A DNA stretch of 64,000 bases, taken from NCBI GenBank assembly GCA_009937255.1, contig JAACCT010000103.1, positions 2,763 through 66,762 on the forward strand, given 5' to 3'. Shown here piece after piece: positions 57,704 through 64,000 of the stretch (position 1 is its first letter; every line of letters starts with the position of its first letter). Source of the DNA: Dehalococcoidales bacterium. GTDB taxonomy: Bacteria; Chloroflexota; Dehalococcoidia; Lucifugimonadales; Lucifugimonadaceae. Below the pieces are notes generated by a model, which was not told the origin of the DNA, did not search any database, and was given only the letters and a program-made list of their open reading frames with translations. The translations under genes and the position numbers were made by a program.

Positions 57704-58789
57704 TCATGAATTAGATTTTTGAGAAGTCATTTTTTTTGCTTGTTCATCTTTCATAAGAGGCTCAATTATTTCATCAATTAATCCATCCATAAACGCAGGT
57801 AAATTATTTGAAGTGATTTTTATTCTATGGTCAGTAACTCTTCCTTGAGGGTAATTATAAGTTCTGATTTTTTCAGATCTTCCTCCTGATCCAACTTGTG
57901 ACTTTCTTGCCTCAGATCTTTCACTATGCTGTTTTTGAATTTCTAGATCCCATAATTTAGATTTTAGAATCTCCATTGCTTGAACTTTATTTTGTAATTG
58001 AGATCTTTCATTTTGGCACGATACAACTATTCCTGAAGGAGAATGAGTTAATCTTATGGCAGTTGCAACTTTATTAACATTTTGTCCACCAGCACCTCCG
58101 GAATGAAAGACATCTGTTCTAATATCATCGGCTTTTATTTCAATGTCTATTTCTTCAGATTTTGGTAAAACTGCTACAGTGGCAGTTGATGTATGGATTC
58201 TTCCTTGAGATTCTGTTTTTGGAACTCTTTGAACTCTATGAACTCCACTTTCGTGTTTCAATTTTGAAAAAGTACCTTCACCTGAAATTTCTAATACAAT
58301 TTCTTTTATTCCTCCAAATTCATTATAATTAGAGCTTAGAATACTAATTTTCCAACTTTTATTCTCAGTATATCTAGAATACATTCTGAGCAAATCATTT
58401 CCAAAAATTGCAGCCTCATCTCCACCAGTTCCTGCTCTAATTTCTATAATCGCATCAGCTTCATCTGTAGCATCTTTAGGAATGAGTTCTTTATTTAATT
58501 CCTGAAATATCTCTTGTAATTTTTTTTCTAAAATTTCATTTTCTGACCTAGCTAAATTAGAAAATTCTTCATCGTCACCATCTATCATTTCTTCATTATC
58601 TTTTATTTCATTAGAAACTTTATTATGGGAGCTCCATAGTTGATTGATATTTTCTAAATTTCTATATTCTTTAGAAATTTTCTTCATTTGATTTTGATTA
58701 GAAATAATATCAGCTTTAGTCATCATGATTTCTAGCTCTTTAAATCTAGTTTTAATTTCTTCTAGTCTTAGAAGGATCCATTCTTCCAT
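57704..58789 (-). CDS. prfA: peptide chain release factor 1
   Basis: GGQ motif (SGGAGGQNVNKV) and PxT-type recognition region. Confidence 0.95.
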   Translation of the reverse strand: MEEWILLRLEEIKTRFKELEIMMTKADIISNQNQMKKISKEYRNLENINQLWSSHNKVSNEIKDNEEMIDGDDEEFSNLARSENEILEKKLQEIFQELNKELIPKDATDEADAIIEIRAGTGGDEAAIFGNDLLRMYSRYTENKSWKISILSSNYNEFGGIKEIVLEISGEGTFSKLKHESGVHRVQRVPKTESQGRIHTSTATVAVLPKSEEIDIEIKADDIRTDVFHSGGAGGQNVNKVATAIRLTHSPSGIVVSCQNERSQLQNKVQAMEILKSKLWDLEIQKQHSERSEARKSQVGSGGRSEKIRTYNYPQGRVTDHRIKITSNNLPAFMDGLIDEIIEPLMKDEQAKKMTSQKSNS

Positions 58790-58800
58790 AATAATTCTTT

Positions 58801-60072
58801 CTAATTATTTAAAACTGCTTTAATTTCTTCAATATTATTTCTATCTATCTCTATTTGCTCTCTACTAGATTGAAGAAATTTAACAGAAATTTTATTATTT
58901 TCTATCTCATTTTTTCCTATGAATATAGCACTTTTAGAATTTATATTATTTGCAAATCTCATTTGTGCTTTAATTGATTTTTTTGGTGCAATAATTGTTT
59001 TGATTTTATTTTCTCTAAAATCATTAGCAATTTCTTGAGATATCATTCTAAGATCTTCATCAACTATTATTAATACAGCATCTATATGGCTATTATTTTC
59101 AACCTCATTTTTATTTAGCTCGTTTACAACTCTTTCTATTCCCATTGCAAATCCAACAGCAGGTGTTTCTGGACCTCCCAAGATTTTAATAAGAGGGTCG
59201 TATCTCCCTCCTCCTAAAATAACTCCTTGTGGTCCTAAGGAATTGCTAGTATATTCAAAAACCGTCCTATTATAATAATCTAATCCCCTAACAAGCTTAT
59301 GGTTAACTTCATAATTAAAACTACTATCCATTGAATTAAGCTTTTCTAACTTTTGAATTAAATTTTCATGATGCTCTTTACTCTCACTAGAAATATAATC
59401 TAATGTTTTTGGTGCATCTTCAGAAATTTTTATAGTTATTTCTTCTTTAGAGTCTAATAATCTTAGCGGTGATCTTTCAAATCTTAATTTATCAACCTTA
59501 GGTAAATCGTTAATATAATTTTTAAAATAATCCTTTAATTTACCTATATATATTTCTCTATCTTCTTTGTCACCTAAAGAATTTATATTTAACTTAATTC
59601 CTTTAATATCTAAGTTTTTTAATATTTTCCAAGCAATATCAATTACTTCATAATCTGTCTCAAAAGTACTATCACCAATACATTCAACCCCAAATTGATG
59701 AAATTGCCTATATCTTCCTGATTGAGGTCTTTCGTATCTAAACATTGGCCCATAATAAAATAATCTGGCAGGAAGAGTATTGTTATGAAGTCCATTTTCA
59801 ATAAAAGCTCTACAAACACCAGCTGTATTTTCAGGTCTAAGACTTATACTATCTCCTCCTTTATCAGTAAAGGAGTACATCTCTTTTTCAACTATATCTG
59901 TTGATTCTCCTACTGTTCTTTCAAATAATTTGGAGTCTTCAAATAAGGGAGTTTCTATAAACTGATAACCGTAAAGTTTTGCTGTTTCAAAGCAAGACTT
60001 TTGGACTTTATTCCATATAACTTCATCTTTAGGTAAGATGTCGTATGTTCCTCTTTGAGCTTTATAATTCAT
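58801..60072 (-). CDS. hisS: histidine--tRNA ligase
   Basis: Class II motifs (FRYERPQSGRYRQFHQ, RGLDYY, GGGRYD) and an anticodon-binding C-domain. Confidence 0.94.
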   Translation of the reverse strand: MNYKAQRGTYDILPKDEVIWNKVQKSCFETAKLYGYQFIETPLFEDSKLFERTVGESTDIVEKEMYSFTDKGGDSISLRPENTAGVCRAFIENGLHNNTLPARLFYYGPMFRYERPQSGRYRQFHQFGVECIGDSTFETDYEVIDIAWKILKNLDIKGIKLNINSLGDKEDREIYIGKLKDYFKNYINDLPKVDKLRFERSPLRLLDSKEEITIKISEDAPKTLDYISSESKEHHENLIQKLEKLNSMDSSFNYEVNHKLVRGLDYYNRTVFEYTSNSLGPQGVILGGGRYDPLIKILGGPETPAVGFAMGIERVVNELNKNEVENNSHIDAVLIIVDEDLRMISQEIANDFRENKIKTIIAPKKSIKAQMRFANNINSKSAIFIGKNEIENNKISVKFLQSSREQIEIDRNNIEEIKAVLNN

Positions 60073-60075
60073 TTT

Positions 60076-61206
60076 TTATGAACCTAAACCAGATAATTGA
60101 TATCCTTTACCTTCTGTTTTTATTGTTGGAGCATAAATTAAAGTTCCGTCATGCATTTCTCTTACTTTTTCAGCTCCTAACATGCCCATACAGACCCTTA
60201 GTGCCCCCACTAAGTTCCTTGTACCATCTGTTTTAGATGAAGGGCCAAAAAGCAACTCTTTAATTGAATATTCAGGTTTATTTACAATTCTTGTTCCTCT
60301 AGGTAAAGATTCATGAGGAGTAGCCATCCCCCAATGATTACCTTTGGCAGGAGATTTAAATGTCTTAGAAAAAGGAGAACCTATCATCACTGCATCAGCT
60401 CCTGCAACAAATGACTTACATAATTCCCCTCCAGTTCTTATACCTCCATCAGTTATTATTGAAACATATCTTCCAGTTAATTTATAGTAATCATCTCTAG
60501 CGCTTGAGCATTCTAAAGTTGCTGATACTTGAGGAACACCTACTCCAAGTACTTCTCTACTTGTACAAGCAGAACCGGGACCAACTCCAACTAAAATTCC
60601 ATGTATACCTGTTTCCATTAATTCTCTTGATACATTATATGTAACAGTATTTCCTACAATTATAGGAACTTTAAGTGTTTCAACTATTTTTGATAAAACT
60701 AACCCTTCTAAGCTTTTGGAGTTATGTCTAGCTGTTGTTACTGTTGATTGAATTACAATTGAATCACATCCTGCTTCTACGGCTAATGGAGCAAATATTT
60801 TTGTTGATGCTGGAACTAGAGAAGCAAAGCACCGAGCGTTTGAATCCTTTATTTTTTTTATAATATCTCCAATTAAATTTTCTTTAACAGGGGCTGTATA
60901 AATTTTTTGAAGAATCTCTGTTGCTTATTTTTGGGAAGCATTTACTATTTCATTATATATCTCTTCAGTATCTTCATATCTAACATGAATTCCATCAAGA
61001 TTTATCACACCAACTCCACCTAAATCAGAAATTTCTTTAGAAAATTTAGTACTTATAACACTATCCATAGCTGAGGCAAAAATAGGGATATCTAATTCGA
61101 TATTATCTATGTTTATTTTAGTATCAACAAGTTCAGGATTTACAGTTATTTCTCCAGGAACAATTGCAACGTCATCATAACCATACGTTTGTTCAATAGT
61201 TTTCAA
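60076..61206 (-). pseudogene. IMP dehydrogenase/GMP reductase-family gene without CBS domains (GuaB3-like), interrupted by one in-frame TAA (60925-60927)
   Basis: The track fragments 60925..61206 and 60076..60618 are in the same frame. The 102 codons between them are open and read ATEILQKIY...STVTTARH...VPIIVGNTV. The Cys loop GVGPGSACTS is present. Confidence 0.8.
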
Positions 61207-61211
61207 TTTTT

Positions 61212-62078
61212 TTATTCACCCATTATTCTTTCTAAATCATCTTCAATTTCTGAAAGGTATTTTTTATAGTTTTTATTTTGATATTTTAGTATTCTATTTG
61301 ATTTTGAGCTGTCATACCATGAAAAATGGCCATTCTGTTCTTGATAATTAGCAGCTTCAATATCAACTTCTAAAATATCAAAATAATCCTTAACATATTT
61401 TTCTCCAAGCATTTGCCAAGATTTTCCTCCACTTATATTAAATATTTCTCCATAAGCTTCTTTATTATCAACACTATTACACAATGAATCAACTACATCA
61501 TCGCGGTGTATAAATTCTATTTCTTGTTCACTCTTAAAAGGCCATTCTGAAGGAGGTTCTTGAAATATAGGTATTGATACGCCTGAAATTCTTAATACTA
61601 AGAAATTTAATTTAGAATCCGTAACAATTTGTTCTGAAAGATACTTAGTTAATGCATAATTATCATCTGGCTCTGCTTTAGTTTGGATATCAACTATTTT
61701 ATTATTAATATTTTTACCATAAATGCTCACAGAAGAGCTAAAAATTAAATGAATATCTAGCTTACTTAATTCTATGCAGTTAACTAAATTTTTAGTTCCA
61801 TCAACATTAACTTTGTTGGCTAGTTCAATTTTTATATTAGCTACTGGAGGTAATATTGCAGCTAAATGTATTACTGAATCAACGTCATTTATTGAGTTTG
61901 ATATATCTTCAAGACTATTTAAATCACCCTTAATAATTTCAGATTTATTTGTATTAAAGCCTTCAAAATTTGCTGATGGTAAATCAAAGATCTTTACAAA
62001 ATAACCCATAGAGATTAGATTATTTGTAACTAATCTCCCCATACTACCAGCACCACCTGTTACAAGTACTTTTTTCAC
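61212..62078 (-). CDS. NAD-dependent epimerase/dehydratase (extended SDR)
   Basis: GTG start; VTGGAGSMG Rossmann motif; YALTK (YxxxK). Confidence 0.8.
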   Translation of the reverse strand: MKKVLVTGGAGSMGRLVTNNLISMGYFVKIFDLPSANFEGFNTNKSEIIKGDLNSLEDISNSINDVDSVIHLAAILPPVANIKIELANKVNVDGTKNLVNCIELSKLDIHLIFSSSVSIYGKNINNKIVDIQTKAEPDDNYALTKYLSEQIVTDSKLNFLVLRISGVSIPIFQEPPSEWPFKSEQEIEFIHRDDVVDSLCNSVDNKEAYGEIFNISGGKSWQMLGEKYVKDYFDILEVDIEAANYQEQNGHFSWYDSSKSNRILKYQNKNYKKYLSEIEDDLERIMGE

Positions 62079-62362
62079 TATGTCAAAACAGTGCCTGGAG
62101 CATCAGCCTTATCATCAATCTCTTGTATTATTTTTTCTATCTCTAACATATTTGATTCATTGCTCTCAGAAATCATTTTCTCAGTAGCCTTAAATAGCTT
62201 ATTGGCAGATGGTAGTCCTGCTAATGATTGAAAGAAAAATTTATCTTTTTGTAAATCTAGTCTTTCTAATCCAGATTTAAATCTTTCATTAAACTCTTTA
62301 TTTTCTAATAAGGTATTCATATTACCCATAGCTTTTTCAAGTAAATCTTGGGCTCTTCCCAT
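62078..62362 (-). CDS. hypothetical small helical protein (94 aa)
   Basis: ORF tightly packed between the DUF362-like gene and the SDR gene. No recognisable motif. Confidence 0.5.
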   Translation of the reverse strand: MGRAQDLLEKAMGNMNTLLENKEFNERFKSGLERLDLQKDKFFFQSLAGLPSANKLFKATEKMISESNESNMLEIEKIIQEIDDKADAPGTVLT

Positions 62363-62383
62363 ATTATTCTCCCTAATTGATAA

Positions 62384-63883
62384 CTATTTTTTAGTTTTTG
62401 AATCAGTTTTTGCACTATCTCCATTTGATGAACTTCGAGGTTTAAAACTTGAATCATCATCACCTGGGTGCCATCCACCGTCTCCATGATAAGCAGCATC
62501 TTGGTGTGAATGAGGGTCAACAGTTGGACCGTCATGTCCTTTTACTGCATCTATATCTACCTTTTCAAGTCTATTATAACCACGCCCATCATGTTTATCG
62601 AACGGGAAAGGTTGAAACTTTTCAAACATTTTTGCAAATCTTATTTTTGTAGGTCTTGGGTCAGGGGGGAATGCAAATCTATCTCTACCTAAAGGTTGGA
62701 CATTTACTATTTCATGATCTCTACTACCTAGTCCGTTTACTACAGCTGTATTTATTGTTGTTTGTTCACTTAATCCTTCAATTGCACCACCACCTAGATC
62801 AAACTTTCTTTCTCCAGGAGCGTCAATTCCCATTTCTTCTGCTAAAGAACCAGGCATTCCTGGTGCATGCTTAGCAGCATCTACACATGCTTGATCAACT
62901 GCTACTGGATCTTTTGATGCAAATACTCCTAGGTGTGGAGTTAAAGGTACATCTGAAAAACCAGCACAATCACATTTGGGAGATACATCAACAGCAACGT
63001 TAATAAATCCTATATTTTCTTTTCCAACTGCCTTTATAACTCCTAACGCCCCATCTGCAATGGCAATATCTGTAGCATCAAAGTTTGCTAAATTAGGTTC
63101 AAAAATTCCTCTTGGATTCATCCAACTTCCACAACCTAAGCAGTTTATACATTTTTCTCTTTCCCATAGCAATTCATCATTATCAGTAACTTTAAAAAGA
63201 CCTAGAGGGCAACAATTTTCTAACAATTCCCAGTCTGCATCATCTTTTTTTCCTTTAAAATTTTCTGGATGAAAAACTGTAGAATCTCCAATACCATAAG
63301 AAGGATGTCTTCCCATGTGTACATTAAATTTTCCTCTTTTCGATTGACAACCTATACCTAAATTTTTTAATGCTCCACCAATTACACCCATTCCATGACC
63401 TTTAAAATGCGTTAGAACAATTACCTTATCTGCAGCAGCTATTGCTTGAGCAATATATGCTTCTTTTAATAAATAACCTTCAGGAATATCTACTCTATAA
63501 TCACTTGTACCCACATATCCATCAGCTGATATAAAAGGACACCCTAAGGTTGCTGAAGAGAATCCATTTCTTTCAGCTGTTTCAATTAAATCTAATTCTG
63601 TTACTCTTGAACCCCATGTTCCATAAGTTTGAGTCGTAGTGTCACAGGCGAATGGTCTTCCGCCAATTTCTTTGATTTTATCTGCAATTGCTCGAACATA
63701 GGCAGGTCTAATATAAGCACTAGAACCAAGTTCTCCACAATGCATTTTGATAGCTACAACATCTCCTTTATTAATCATTTTGTCGAATCCAGCTGCTTCA
63801 AAAACAGTTACAGTTTTATTTATCAAGCTTGTATCTGGTGACTCACTTCTGGCATCCATAAAATATACTTTAGGTTTATTCAT
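62384..63883 (-). CDS. DUF362-like Fe-S protein with a His/Asp/Gly-rich C-terminal tail
   Basis: The N-terminal ~200 aa resemble DUF362 (VAIKMHCGE, LTHFKGHGM, GGALKNLGIGC). Central CINCLGCG Cys cluster. The C-terminal ~100 aa are of low complexity. Confidence 0.7.
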   Translation of the reverse strand: MNKPKVYFMDARSESPDTSLINKTVTVFEAAGFDKMINKGDVVAIKMHCGELGSSAYIRPAYVRAIADKIKEIGGRPFACDTTTQTYGTWGSRVTELDLIETAERNGFSSATLGCPFISADGYVGTSDYRVDIPEGYLLKEAYIAQAIAAADKVIVLTHFKGHGMGVIGGALKNLGIGCQSKRGKFNVHMGRHPSYGIGDSTVFHPENFKGKKDDADWELLENCCPLGLFKVTDNDELLWEREKCINCLGCGSWMNPRGIFEPNLANFDATDIAIADGALGVIKAVGKENIGFINVAVDVSPKCDCAGFSDVPLTPHLGVFASKDPVAVDQACVDAAKHAPGMPGSLAEEMGIDAPGERKFDLGGGAIEGLSEQTTINTAVVNGLGSRDHEIVNVQPLGRDRFAFPPDPRPTKIRFAKMFEKFQPFPFDKHDGRGYNRLEKVDIDAVKGHDGPTVDPHSHQDAAYHGDGGWHPGDDDSSFKPRSSSNGDSAKTDSKTKK

Positions 63884-64000
63884 CTTAATCCCCTTAATAA
63901 TTTGTACAATTTATTTGTTTTCTACTGAAAATAACAAGTAAATTTTTAACTATGTTTATCATAAACATTATAGAATAATACCCAATATAACTCTTTATTA

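Noticed and set aside
62317-62874. A cluster of five overlapping ORFs on both strands (62317-62535, 62449-62652, 62510-62692, 62656-62874).
   Set aside because: They overlap the GC-richer 3' end of the DUF362-like gene, where stop codons are rare in all frames. Their products are His/Leu-rich nonsense. Nothing supports independent genes.

Overview
This is a strongly AT-rich bacterial chromosome segment that is almost entirely coding. I call 77 protein genes. I see no rRNA, tRNA, CRISPR array, transposase or integrase.

The content is mostly housekeeping:
- The plus-strand start holds the 3' end of rel, then rpsT, lexA, pstB-phoU, rlmN and a YdiJ-like FAD/Fe-S dehydrogenase.
- Next come rpmH-rnpA-yidD-yidC-jag, purF-purM-purH, tilS, recA and an HtrA-like protease.
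- A minus-strand nitrogen-assimilation block follows: an OmpR-type regulator, glnA, gltB, gltD and nadE.
- A roughly 20 kb same-strand ribosomal super-operon runs rpsL-rpsG-fusA, joined directly to rpsJ ... rplQ-truA-rplM-rpsI, with no tuf.
- On the opposite strand are prmC-prfA-hisS, an IMPDH-family gene, an SDR epimerase and a DUF362-like Fe-S protein.

Several traits suggest a streamlined monoderm-type (Actinobacteria- or Chloroflexi-like) lineage: S12 with the Gram-positive-type insertion, a short YidC plus Jag, GAAC-N4-GTTC SOS boxes, and a CBS-less IMPDH-like gene. This cannot be settled without a database search.

The best candidate for something undescribed lies next to lexA. A two-gene cassette of unrecognisable proteins (a 172-aa Cys/His protein and a 112-aa Cys4 + HTH protein) sits behind a near-consensus promoter that carries two perfect tandem LexA boxes.

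Other points worth a second look:
- YidD is fused through a lipoprotein-like TM segment to a beta-propeller.
- yidC and jag share a 95-nt dual-coding overlap.
- An OmpR-type regulator with a degenerate receiver overlaps glnA.
- L4 carries a KPAAKA-repeat tail.
- L36 is Cys-free.

There are also five gene disruptions. Four are 1-nt indels consistent with homopolymer-length changes, in rplE, rpsH, rpmD and prmC. One is an in-frame TAA in the IMPDH-like gene. These are most simply assembly or sequencing errors, but they could reflect slippage-rescued genes. Apart from these items the window is ordinary core genome.
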